Made by a program: the position numbers and the translations under genes. The notes under the pieces are model-generated. The model searched no databases and was not told where the DNA came from. It saw only the letters and a list, made by a program, of their open reading frames with translations. A stretch of 64,000 bases of DNA from the human T2T-CHM13v2.0 reference genome, Homo sapiens. Numbering within the stretch: position 1 is the first letter of the stretch; each line of letters opens with the position of its first letter. The stretch lies in assembly GCF_009914755.1 (NCBI RefSeq), contig NC_060930.1. One strand, 5' to 3'. Positions 32,296 through 48,305 of this stretch are shown here, one piece after another.

Positions 32296-32934
32296 TATTA
32301 ATTTCAGTGATTGAATGATTGCTAGTAAAAAATACAAAAACACAGTTGATATTTCCATTCAAAGTTATTTCAATTATATATTGCTTATAGCTAAGACACT
32401 AAACATTGCCCTACACCAATAACAGTACTCTATGGGAAATGATTCTGAGTGGGGTATAAGTTGCTTTTTTTTCATATATTGAAGCCACTATTGAACATTC
32501 TAACAAGTTTCATTTCTTGTATTAATTGATCTCTGGGCAGTGTTAAGCCCAGCTGGCCACTCCTTCACTGAAGCATTCTCTTTCCTAGGCCTCTGTGTTA
32601 CCACTATAATCTTCTGATTGTTTTTCTACTACTTCTCTAACACCTTTTTCTTAGCCTTTGTTTGCAGTTCCTCCCATACTGGAGGATTTCCTCCGGGCTC
32701 AGCCTTCTCTTATCCTTAGTTGACCTCATCCATCTTCAAGACCTCAATTATAATCCATATACCCAAAACTCTCAATTTTTATTTTTAGCTGAGAACTCTT
32801 CTCTCAACTCTAGGCATATCCAGTTACCCAATGACATCTCACTATGTTACCTGGAAGGCAACCTCAGAATTGAACTAATTATCACTCTCCCATTCCAACT
32901 CATTACTTCTTCAGTGTTTCCTATTTCATTAAAT

Positions 32935-33710
<776 letters not shown>

Positions 33711-34410
33711 GTGATTTTAAACCTTATTTGACCTGAGTAAAAATAAAAATAAAAAAAAGGTATGTTCTAAGGTTTTAATTCATTTGCATTAAAAATGTTA
33801 TTTTATTGGAAGGGTTATATATCCTTTACCAAAGGATTTGTAAAATGAGGGAATGTCATTATCACAATTGTCTTTTCACACATGCCTAAAGGTGAATTTA
33901 ATGGCATTTATGATCACCCAACTACCAAGAAATACATAAAAGATGTATTACATTCTCTTGTTTGTAAATGAGAAGACTAGTATTCAAATGTTCTCTTTCA
34001 GCTTTATAATCCTATGAAAAGGTGGAAGTTCTTGATTCACATTAGACTTGTGTTAAATTTCTAGACCCTTTCAAAGGAAAAATCAGATACTCCCATTTCT
34101 GTATTTGTGTAACTGACTTCTCATACCTAAGTAAAACTTCACAGCTTTCCAATTAAGTTTCATTTTTTGGTTTCAGCCCAGTTATATATACCCAATCAAG
34201 ATAATTTAGAACCTTGACTCCCTTCAGTCATAAGTTAGTTATCCATTCCAGCCATGTGTCATCTGAAAAACTGAAGATTTATCCAGTTCAACATAAAATT
34301 TTGAACATGAAAGAACTAAACGACATTCTAGGATAGAGACAGATTGACACAAAAGCATACTCTTTTTGGATATGGTCATTTAGTTACTCACCAGCAAGTA
34401 CTAAAAGTAC

Positions 34411-34864
34411 TGCTGTGGTCTGGATATGGTTTGTCGTCTCCACTAAAACTCACATGGAAATTTAATTTCCAATATGGCAGTGTTGGGAAGTGGGGCCTAG
34501 TGGGAGGTGTTTGGAACATGGGTGGATCCCTCATGAATGGCTTGGCACCAGTTCTCGCAGTAGTGAGGGAACTCTTACTCTCAAGAGACTGGATTAAGTT
34601 CTCACAGGACTAGTTCCAGAGACAGCAAGTTGCTACAAAATGAGGTACTTCCTCCTGTTTGGCCACTTCCCACGGATCTGCTTCCCCTTTGACCTTCTCC
34701 ATCATGTTATGAAACAACAAGAAAAGCCCTCACTAGAAGGCAAGCAGATGCCAGCACCATGCTCTTGTACTTCTCAGTCTGCAGAGCTGTGAGCTAAATA
34801 GATCTCTTTATAGACTATCCAGTTTCAGATACTCTGTTAGAGCAACATAAGATGGATTAAGACA
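34411..34864 (+). mobile_element. MSTB-type MaLR solo LTR
   Basis: TG...CA termini with TSD AGTAC. Confidence 0.8.
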
Positions 34865-34877
34865 AGTACTTTCCTGA

Positions 34878-35054
<177 letters not shown>

Positions 35055-35781
35055 TGAACACTTAAAAAATATTTTATTCATAAGGATATCAGAGGAGAAT
35101 ATTATCCTTATCCATAAGCAAATTATGGATAAAATATCAGTATTTTATCCATTAGGATATCAATGATTATGATTTGTAAGATAATACTTCCTCAAAATTG
35201 AGATTTTTCTGTCTTGTGCATTACTCAGATATACTAATAAACTAATCAATAGATTACTTCAATATACTAATCAACTATCAAAAAAGTTGTTCCTAATGAA
35301 CCACCATTGATTCTTGTTTCTAATCTGTTGGTCTGATTGGATAGTAATGATTTGTAAGCAACCACTTAAAGGCACCAGAAAGTGTTTTTGGAAGGATTAG
35401 AAAATTTTAAAATTGAATCCTTTTCTAATATAAATGATCACTCTTCAAATTTAAATTTTCTATTTTAGTTTTCTTACAGTGATAGACATCTCTTATAGAA
35501 AAAGAATTTGTTAGAACAAGATAATTATGAATTTAGAAAGAGCGTTTGAAATAAGCATCAATAATTACATTGTTGATGTTCAATCATCAGTTTGACAATT
35601 CGTATTAAGTGCTTACTATGTACCAGGCATTGTACTAGGTGAACAAAAGATGCAAAAGTTCCTGCATCCATGGAGCTTGCATTCCTATAAAGTTCTGCTG
35701 AATTCAACATTTGAGGCTTATGGAAAGAACTTTAGAGAACCGTTTAACTTTAAGAGAACTTTAAGAGTTTATGTTTTTTTT

Positions 35782-36531
<750 letters not shown>

Positions 36532-37045
36532 CCAATCTGTGGTCCTGCATGGAAGAATAATCTTACTCCTGCTCAAAGCCTGCCGAAGAGATTTACTCGG
36601 CTCCCATTTTGGATATGCTACTGTTGGATATCTTTGCACCGCGGTCTCCTCATCTGCATAATGGAGTTATAAAATCAACTTCACAGCACTGTGGATTAAC
36701 TAAGAAAACGTATTTGAATGCCCCCCGTAAGGTGCTCAGCACGTAGTTGGCCCTCAATACACACTGGTACAATTCAAACTTTGTGAAATGAGCCAATTCG
36801 TGTACATGTTAAGGACCACGGCAGCAACTCATATCACTAAAAGTTAACTGATGCCCAACCCATGCCCCTTCCTGCTTCACTCCTCCACACCACGGGAGAT
36901 TCCTTAGGGCAGAACTTTTATTTCGGCAGAGTGCAGCCAAGGGAAGACAGCATAAGCAGCTTTTTTGCCAGGGCGAAGGGGCCAGACCCCGGCCTGGGGA
37001 TGGGGTGCAAGTATGGACCACACAGGGGCTGGCTTGGTCACTCAC

Positions 37046-37587
37046 GGCTGCGTCAGGCTGTCCCGGTAACGGCTGCGCTGGCAGGGCAGTGCTCGGGGCC
37101 GGCTGGTGTAGGTGTAGGTGCTCGGGGCCCGAGAGGTGCGATCAGTCAGCGCTGAGGCCATGTCCGGGGGCTGACTGCCTCGCTTTCGGTGGAGCTTGGC
37201 TTTGAAGCAGGTGGGCGCTAAGGTGTTGTGGGACCCGGAGAGATGTAAGTAGTGCCAAGGGCAAGGATTCCGCGACGCGAGGAGAGGCGACAACAAGGGA
37301 GGCGGGCGGGACGGGAGGTTACCAGCGCAGGAGGTGGGAGCTATACTGGGCTCGCTCCCAGCACCACAGAGACCAGCTGCGGGGGCCGCATCGGTTGCCC
37401 AGCAACCCAGGGTTCTGTCTGGGGGCGGGAACTCCGGGCAGTTCCGGTCCCCAGGTTTCCCGGGAAGGACTGCGGCACAAGGGACTTCCGGCTCTTGACT
37501 CCGCCCAGCCGCGCCACCCAGGTAGGTGCGCCTGCGCTTTGCGAGGTTCCTGGCTAGGGAGGCGGCCTTGGCTGGCTTGACCGTCAT
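37046..37587 (-). CDS. RSPH3: RSPH3 coding exon 1 (long form from ATG 37587, MTVKPAK...; short form from ATG 37161, MASALTDRT...)
   Basis: Translation matches the RSPH3 N-terminus I recall. Donor CC|GTGAGT at 37045. The two ATGs are 426 nt (142 codons) apart and in frame. Confidence 0.95.
37394..37406. promoter_or_regulatory. RFX X-box GTTGCCCAGCAAC
   Basis: Exact match to GTNRCC-N-RGYAAC, within the palindrome GGTTGC-cca-GCAACC. X-boxes are typical of ciliary gene promoters. Confidence 0.8.
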
Positions 37588-37881
37588 CCTTGAGGCCTGC
37601 GGGGCAACGGTGGCTGTCCTTGGCCCGGCTTTGGAATGTGGCTTTGCAGGGCTGGTGTTGGCGCCATTCTCGCAGGCCCACGTGCTCCTGCTCTTCCAGG
37701 GTGTCCTCGGCTGTTTCTCCTGCCGCGGCGCAGCAGCGCTCCCAGGCTGCCCCCGCGATAACACGCCCCTGGCAGCCAGGCTCCCAGCTCTGTTACGTGC
37801 CCGGGCGGGGAAGAGCTTCCTGGTGTCTCCCGGCTCCTGCCCTTCTCCCGCCCCAGGGGCGGGCTGCCGCCGCCCTCTGCA

Positions 37882-37890
37882 GCTGAGTCA
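37882..37890 (-). promoter_or_regulatory. AP-1/ARE-type motif TGACTCAGC
   Basis: gctgagtca on the + strand, upstream of exon 1. Motif match only. Confidence 0.35.
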
Positions 37891-39242
37891 GTGCAGTTCC
37901 TCACCTACCTTCTCTGCTCACCGCTGTGTGCTAGCAATCGGAGGACCCTTGGCACACGGAGCGACAGGGGCCTCCCCCACAGACACCTCATTTTGGGAAA
38001 GAAGTGAGCAATTTATTGAGTCTTAAAAAATACAAAGGCATAGTTCCCCTTAATCTATCAGGCTTCCAGCTCTAAAGAATGTCTCTAGTATTGCGGGGTG
38101 GGGCTGCGCTTAAAAACGCAGACGCTTTGGTTTTAGTACCAGCAACGTTAAAAATCTTCTATCTTGTATGAGTGAATGTGTATCCCTTGTGATCAGTTAT
38201 TTGCATTTGCAGTTACACCTTCATTCAGCTAATTGCTGTCTTGATTTGAATCCAGGTTCTAGAATGTACTAGCTCCGAAACCTCAGGCAAGTTAAATGTT
38301 TTTGTGCTTCATTTTCCTAATCCACAAAGTGGCAATAGAAGAATTTATCTCTTTAGGTTTTGTCTTGAGGATTAAAACCGTTAATACTTAGAGCTGTGCC
38401 TGGTAAATGGCAAGCCTTTATATTAAGATCTGGACCGTTCTGTGCTTTGAAGTGTATGACCTAAAGCAGATGTAGGCATTCTATAAGTAACACTAGCATA
38501 AAGGTGTATGGTAAATTCTAGAGGTGAAAACACTCCCAACATATTTTAGGTCTGATCATTTAATTTTGAGGTAATTTCTGAAAGGGCTAGAGGAGAAAGT
38601 GACATTTAAGTTGTGTTTGATAAATGATAGTATTTTAACTGGCCAGCCTCTTGGGGGAAGTGCATTCGGAATGGCTTGATCAAAGGCTCAAGAAGCCCAA
38701 GGTGCATTTGGAAAACTGTAAGCAAGGTTTGTGTAGATGAGTTGTAGAAATATATATAGACAGGCTGACACCACATCGTGGAAACAGTAAACACTAGCAT
38801 ATTAATTAGAATATTTTTTCCCTCAAGTAACAAAAAACCAATTCCAAGTGGCTGAAATAATAAGGAATTCATTATTTTACACTCCCCAGGTTGGTTAACC
38901 TGGAGGGTAACTTGGGGGCTCAGCACATTATCAACAACACGTTTTTTCCCCTACCTTTCCACTCTGTCACCTGGGTTGTTGGCTTCAACAAAGTAGTAAT
39001 AGAAGTATCTGCTCTTTTGTCTTTATTGGAAGAGCAAAACCCCCTCGTAAACTCCCAACTGACCAGAATTACATCATATTGATTTAAGCTTAGGATCTAT
39101 ATAAGACCACCATATTTGGATTAGACCAGGTAACCGGTCTTTCTAGGCCTCCAAGAAACACTTGGCCAGGGAGGAGGAGAACAAATTCTGTTAGGAGGAT
39201 GTTGGGGCAGAATTGAGTGGGTATTAAGTGGGTAAACAATAG

Positions 39243-39606
<364 letters not shown>

Positions 39607-40535
39607 TGTACAAGTTTTTATCCACAGCCTGTTTCTCTTCTTGTACTTTCTCCCAGGGCAGTCCCATTTCACGTCTGTAATTTCTAGTACCACCTATATA
39701 CTCAGGGTAGCAAAGGATGTATCTCTAACCTAGACTTCTCCCTCAGGTGACAGTCCTGGATATCTGACTATTTTGTGGACAACTCTTGGATGATCTGAAA
39801 CTGAAAGATTCATTCCACAAATAGTTATGTGTATCTAGTATGTGCCAAGCATTGTTGTTTTCTTGTCCCTCGTCCCCACTCCCCTGGTGTTAGTGGGGAT
39901 ATAGCAGTGAAAAACAAAAACAAACAACAGATTAAAAGTCCTGCCTTGACAGAATTTATATTCTAGTGGAGGAGTCATACAAACAAGAAAAGTGAGTACA
40001 TTATGGGTGTTACATAATTATAATAGCTAATTCGAAATAAAGCAGGAAATAAGGCTAGGTGCTAGGGGCATGGGAGACCTATCAATTTTATAGTGGTCAG
40101 AGAAGGCTTCATTGAGAAGGTGACATTTGAGTAAAGACTTGAAGGAGGTGAAGAAATGAAACTTGAGACTTGTGACTAATTGTCACAGCATTCCAGGTCA
40201 AGGAAGCAGCCAATTCCTCGTTCTAAGGCAGGAAGTCGTGTTGGGGATGGCAGTAAGAGTGAGTGGAGCAGAGTGAGCACAAGGAGGAGCATTCGGAGAT
40301 GAAGTCAGAGGCTGGGCCGTGCGCCCTGTTGTAGGTCAGTGAAAGGACTTTAGGTTTTACTCTAGGGTTAAAAGTCCCTAAAGGGTTTTGAGTAGAAGCT
40401 TGACATAGTTTGATTAAAAAAATTTGTTTTTTCTAGTTGTTTGGTTGAGAATAGACTGAAGTGGGACAAAGGCAGAAGCAGAGAGACCAGATAGGAAGCT
40501 GCTCCCAATAAGGCTGGTGAGAGGGTGGCTTGGAT

Positions 40536-40630
40536 CTGGTGTAGGTGTGGTGCTCGGGCCCGAGAGATGCAGTGAGTCAGTGCCGAGGCCATGTCGGGGG
40601 ACAGACTGCCTTGCTTTCAGTGGAGCTTGG
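40536..40630 (-). pseudogene. 95-bp degenerate copy of RSPH3 exon 1 (37103-37199) inserted in an L2
   Basis: Manual alignment gives 11 substitutions and 2 gaps over 97 nt. Explains ORF 40368..40592, which starts MASALT. Confidence 0.9.
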
Positions 40631-40930
40631 TTCTGGATCTGGGACAAAAGTGGTGGGAAGATCCCAGCTCAATTTTGAAGGTAGAACAGATTGGACGTGA
40701 CGTGGTGCACGAGAGAAAGAAAGGCAAAAGAGATGAACCTAAGGTTTCTGATTAAATGTTAGACATTGTGTAGGAAAAAAATCACATAGAGGCTCTGGCA
40801 AAAAAAAAAAAACTAAATAAATAAATAAAAAATAAATAAATAAATTGCATAGAGACTGTGGCTGATGTTGTGTTTCTCCAGAAAGGATTTAATTTTATTC
40901 TGGCAAGCAATTAGAGTAGGAACGGATGAC

Positions 40931-41233
<303 letters not shown>

Positions 41234-43079
41234 CTCAGATGACCTTTAATTAGGGATTCAGACTTTGTGAGGGCTGATCATTTTCTAGTTTGGCCTTATC
41301 CCAGAGCTAGGCCTTTCTATTCTTTCTCAACATGAACATCTGTGGTATTTAACAGGTCCCCATCTTTGGGTGACCTTGAACTCCAATTTTTGTACTCCCA
41401 GCTCTGTGAGACTGTTGAAATGTACACTTAGCATTTTAGCTATTTAGCAACTGTTTGGTTTCTTGATTTCCAGTGCCCTTACAGCTTAGAATTCAGCAAA
41501 TGCCTCAAGGATAAAAGCCAAACTAAATGTCAGACTGGCTTCTCTATGATCCTCCTTTCTTTGGGATCTGTCCCTTCAAGTCCTATCAGCAGTTTTCAAC
41601 TCCAATTTTTTATCTCCCCGTATCTGAAAGGGCCCTGATACCTCCAGGTCACTGCTTTCTGCTCGCCATAAATGCCCTGCACAAAACTCAGCAAATGACC
41701 CAATCAGAAAAAGCAATGGAGAAGTTCTGTATCACTTTATGCATCTGTCTTCTGGGATCCCAGTCTCTCATGTCTTGACCATCTTGGTTGCTCTCCAGTG
41801 TCTTCAAACAGCCTGTGTAGTTTTTGTTATGTGTGCTTTTTTAAATGTTCAGCTCTTGTGCTTATTCCCATGAGAGGACTGGTTTAATTTAAACTATTCA
41901 ATTACAGCTAGAGGCCATGATAAAGTTGTTGACTAGAGTATCTGGAAGAATGGAGTTGCCATTTAGTGATAGAGGGAACGCTGGGGAGGATCCATTATTG
42001 GAGTGAGCATTAGCAGCTTGGTCTGGGGCACATCAAGCTTGGAAGGCATGTTAGTCATCCAAGTGGAGATGTTGAGTAGACAGTTGGACATGGGAGTCTA
42101 GAGTTTCAGGAGATTGGTCTGGGCTACAGAAGTGGATTTTTGAATCAACAGCCATGAGACTTGATAAGATTACCAAGGGAGTGTAGAGAGATAAGGCCTT
42201 GAGTGTTCCAATATTTAGAGTTTGGAAAGATGAGGAATAATCAGCAAAGGAGACTGCAAAAGAGGGCCAACAAAATGGTAGAAAATGTGGAAAGCCTGGT
42301 CACCTGGGAGTTAAGTAATGAAAGTGTTTCAAGGAGAAAGTAATCAGCTGTATCTAATGCTATACATGTGCTAAGCAAGATAAGAACATTGGATCTAGCA
42401 GCATAGAGGTCTCTGGTGATCTGAAAAAAGGCAACTTTCATGTAGTTGTAGAAGAGAAAGTTCAGTTATAATGGATCCTGAAGAGAGTGACAGAAGAGCG
42501 ATTTATGACTCAAGGAAAGAAAAAACAAATGGGCTGGTAGTTAAAGGGAAATTGAGTCAAGAAAAGGTTCAATATTTTTTAATGGTAGAATTGACCGTAT
42601 GTGTATGTGCTTCTAGAAGTGATTCAGGAGAGAGGGTGGAATGGATGGTGTGGGACGGAGGGAAGAATTGGTGGAATGATGTTGGCAAAAAGGAATAGGC
42701 TTTTGTGCATAAGTTGAGGGATTGGCCTTGCCTAGAAACATGGACAATTCGTCTATAGTAAGAAGAGAAAAGGTAGATCTATGACCACAGACATAGTCAG
42801 ATAATCATTTTAAAATTCTTTAATCAATAGATGTTTCTGATGTATGGCAGGCAGTAAGCTAAGCAGTTTACATACCTGATTTCATTTAGTTATTATAACA
42901 ATCCCAGTCTAACAATGAGGTAGATTCTGATATTATTCCCATTTAATTTGCAAGGAACTGAAATTTAGAGAAGTTAAAATAACTTACCAAAGTCATATAG
43001 CAAGCAAGTGACAGGACCAAGACTTAAGCCCTTGACTGCTGGACTCTAGAACTTAAGCAAGAAAGCATCAGCTTATGAT

Positions 43080-44130
<1,051 letters not shown>

Positions 44131-44241
44131 CAGGGGTATACAATTTATCCAAGAAAAGAAGCAGCAGCATATTTTCCATTTAAGTGTGCAAAAAGTGAGT
44201 GAAAGGCTATGGTTTCAGAAATGTTTTTAAGTGTAGGTAAA

Positions 44242-44978
<737 letters not shown>

Positions 44979-45009
44979 GTAAGAGAATGCAAGGGAGAAC
45001 TTAATATAG

Positions 45010-46260
45010 TTCATTATTTGACAGACACTAAGCACCTTCCCTGTACTGAGCAGTATTATAAGAGCTTCGGATAGATGAAGCTTTTGTCCTACTGTAGGGA
45101 AGTAGATAATAGGCAAATAAATCAAAAAAGAAAAAAAGAAAATTTCATGAAATGATAAAAGCTTTGGTGAAAACAAAACAAAAACTTTGTGGTGGTGTTG
45201 GGGGGCATGAGTAGCTGCCTTCAGTTAAGTAGCAGAAAAGGCCTGAGAAGGTAACATCTAACTAGAGACCTTGTGACATAAGAAGCAGCGAACCACATGA
45301 AGTTCTGGGGGAGCCGCCCAGACAGAGGGCGGTGGCTAGTGCACTGTTCCTAAGGAAGGAACAAGCTTGTATGTTTAAGGAGCAAAAGGAAGGCCAGTGT
45401 GGCTAGAACATGGAATGACGGGGAAGAGTGGTTAGACGTGAGCTTTTAGAGCATTTTGAGGAAGCTGGGGGCAAATTGGAGGGCTTTGTAGAATGGAGGA
45501 GGAGTTGGGATTATGGGGAGCCATTCAAGGGTTTTAAGAAAGGATATCATCTGAGTTATATTTTAAAAAGATCACTGATTGCTATGTGAAGAATGGATTG
45601 TAAGAGGTGAAGATTAAGTTGCTAGTTAGGAAGGTGCTGAGTAGGTTAATGAGAGGCTCTGGCTTGAATTAGGGTGATAGTAGGGAAAATGGAGAGAAGA
45701 GGTACATTTGGGAGCTTTCAGAGAACGAACTAAGTCCCTTTATTCCTCTACTCCTCACTGCCACTTACTAATAGTAAGTAGTGGAGGACTACAGAATGAC
45801 TGCTAAGATTTTGGCTTTACTAAACTGACAGGATGATCATGTTATTTATGCGATGCAGTCAATTGTTGGAAAGAGTAGGAGACCAAGAGTTTTGTTTTGG
45901 ACAGATGCTATTGGACATCCAAATACATACGTCACATTGGCAGGTTAGAGATGCGAATCTGAAGTTCAGTGGAACTAGAGATATAAATTTGGTACTCATG
46001 AGCACTTAGATGGCTTTAAAACATTTTAAAGGAGAAGGGAAACTGATTTTGCCAAATCCAAGGGTTTTAGGAACAGTGTGTTCAACCTGGTCAGATACCA
46101 CTGAGAGGTTGAGAAAGGTGAGACTTGAGAAGTAATCATTGAGTTTGCCAACCTGGAAGTCATCTGTAAACTTGACAGTCACACAGATTCTGTGAAGAGG
46201 AGGGGACTGAAGCCCATGTAGAGTGATTGAAGAGAGAATCTAGTTACAGAGGCAGAGTTG
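45010..46260 (-). mobile_element. L2 fragment
   Basis: 'ggaaggccagtgtggctaga', 'ttttaaaaagatcact'. Confidence 0.65.
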
Positions 46261-46478
46261 CAACCCTAGGTTATTCTTTCCAAAAGTTTTGCTCTTGTCT
46301 TCTTAGTGAAGTGCACGAAGCCTTTGGACATCTCTGCAAATGGGTAGCAGTAGAACATGAATTAATAAGCTTTTGCCACAAGGTGTCACTAATTCTTCAT
46401 TAGCTTCTAGTAAGCGAAATAATTGCAGCCCAGGTATACCTTGTATTAGGGAAATATTATTTTTAAAAATCATATTTA

Positions 46479-46814
<336 letters not shown>

Positions 46815-47732
46815 CTAACTAGAAGGCAGTTACTTACATGGTGGAGAGGTTTCCTTTCAAAAGACAGTCTCTAGTATGTTTAACAAATGTGCATGGCCGT
46901 CAAGTGGTGCGTGGAGCACTGGGCTAGCAATCAGAAGACCAGAGTTCTGGGTGTAGAGTATTGGATTTGGAGTCAGAAGCTTCGAGTTCATCTCCTGTTT
47001 TGTTCTCACTAGCTATGTGACCTCATGCAAAATTTAAATTATTCTTTGTCTTATTTTGTTGTTGTTATTTTAAAACGATAGATAGTAAATGCTGTTCTGG
47101 CCATCTCAAGCAATTATTTTTGCATACCAAAAGAGATAATGTGTGTAACAATTTAGAAAATTATGAAGTGCTATGTAAATATAAGATTTAAAAAATTTTA
47201 TAAAAATTATTTATACCGAACTTTACAGCAATATAGGTATTATGTAAAGCAGTTGTATTAGTGAGAACCCCCGGTTGCGTAAGGGAGAAATCCAATTTGA
47301 ATTTGCTTGGCAGAAGGGCATGTTTTGAAGTTTATGGGGTGGTTCCTGTGCCTTCAGGGATGGCAGCATTGTGGGTGGGCTTTAGGCATTGCTGGAATCA
47401 GAGATTGGAATGACGGCAGCATGTGTACCCTTCATTCCCCTTTGCTTCTGTCTGGTGCCTTTATTCTCTTTGGCCCAAACTTACCTCCCCTACCTTGTGG
47501 GGGAACATTTTGATATTGTGATTGTAGGGCACCTGCATGACAACATCCTATAGCTTGAGAAGGTGAGAAGCTGGGGCTGGAGAAGTAGACGTAGAATTAC
47601 CTTGATTTTGATGAAGAGAATAAGAATTTTGAATTTATGAGTGCCATTGTCAGTTAATGCTGACCTTCCAGTTTTGAAAAATAAAACTCACATGCTCTGA
47701 AACAGTTTAATATCCTTGAGTCTGCATGTCTT

Positions 47733-47940
47733 TGCCTGCCTGCCCGTCCGCCCGCCTGCCTGCCTGCCTGCCTGCCTTCCTTCCTTCCTTCCTTCCTTCC
47801 TTCCCTCCTTCCTTCCTTCCTTCCTTCCCTCCTTCCTTCCTTCCTTCCCTCCCTCTCGCTCTCTCTTTCTTTCTTTTCTTTCTTTCTTTTCTCTCTCTTT
47901 CTTTTTCCCTTCCCTTCCCTTCTTCTTCCCTTCCCTTCCT
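47733..47940. repeat. (CCTG)n(CCTT)n/CT-rich microsatellite at an Alu tail
   Basis: Direct inspection. Confidence 0.9.
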
Positions 47941-48095
47941 GACAGGGTCTCACTCTGTCACCCAGGCTGGAGTGTAGTGATGCAAAATCATGACTCACTG
48001 CAGTCTTAACCTCCTGGGATCAAGCCATCCACTGGCCTCAGCCTCCAGAATAGCTGATACTACAGGTAGTTGCCACTATGCCCAGCTAATTTTTC
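47941..48095 (-). mobile_element. AluJ right arm
   Basis: Alu consensus match. Confidence 0.85.
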
Positions 48096-48128
48096 TATTT
48101 TAATTTTTTTTCCAGTTTTAAATAGTTT

Positions 48129-48305
<177 letters not shown>

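Larger units (their letters stand above)
36960..37990. promoter_or_regulatory. CpG island / RSPH3 promoter
   Basis: GC- and CpG-dense block against an AT-rich background. GC boxes at ~37301-37310, ~37421-37430, ~37801-37810 and ~37856-37865. Confidence 0.9.

Noticed and set aside
37526-38026. 166-aa antisense ORF in the CpG island
   Set aside because: GC-rich stop-poor sequence with a non-ATG start and no recognisable domain.
40368-40592. ORF starting MASALT as a possible RSPH3 paralogue
   Set aside because: Similarity lasts only a few codons before a frameshift, then the ORF runs into L2. Kept only as a DNA-level duplication.
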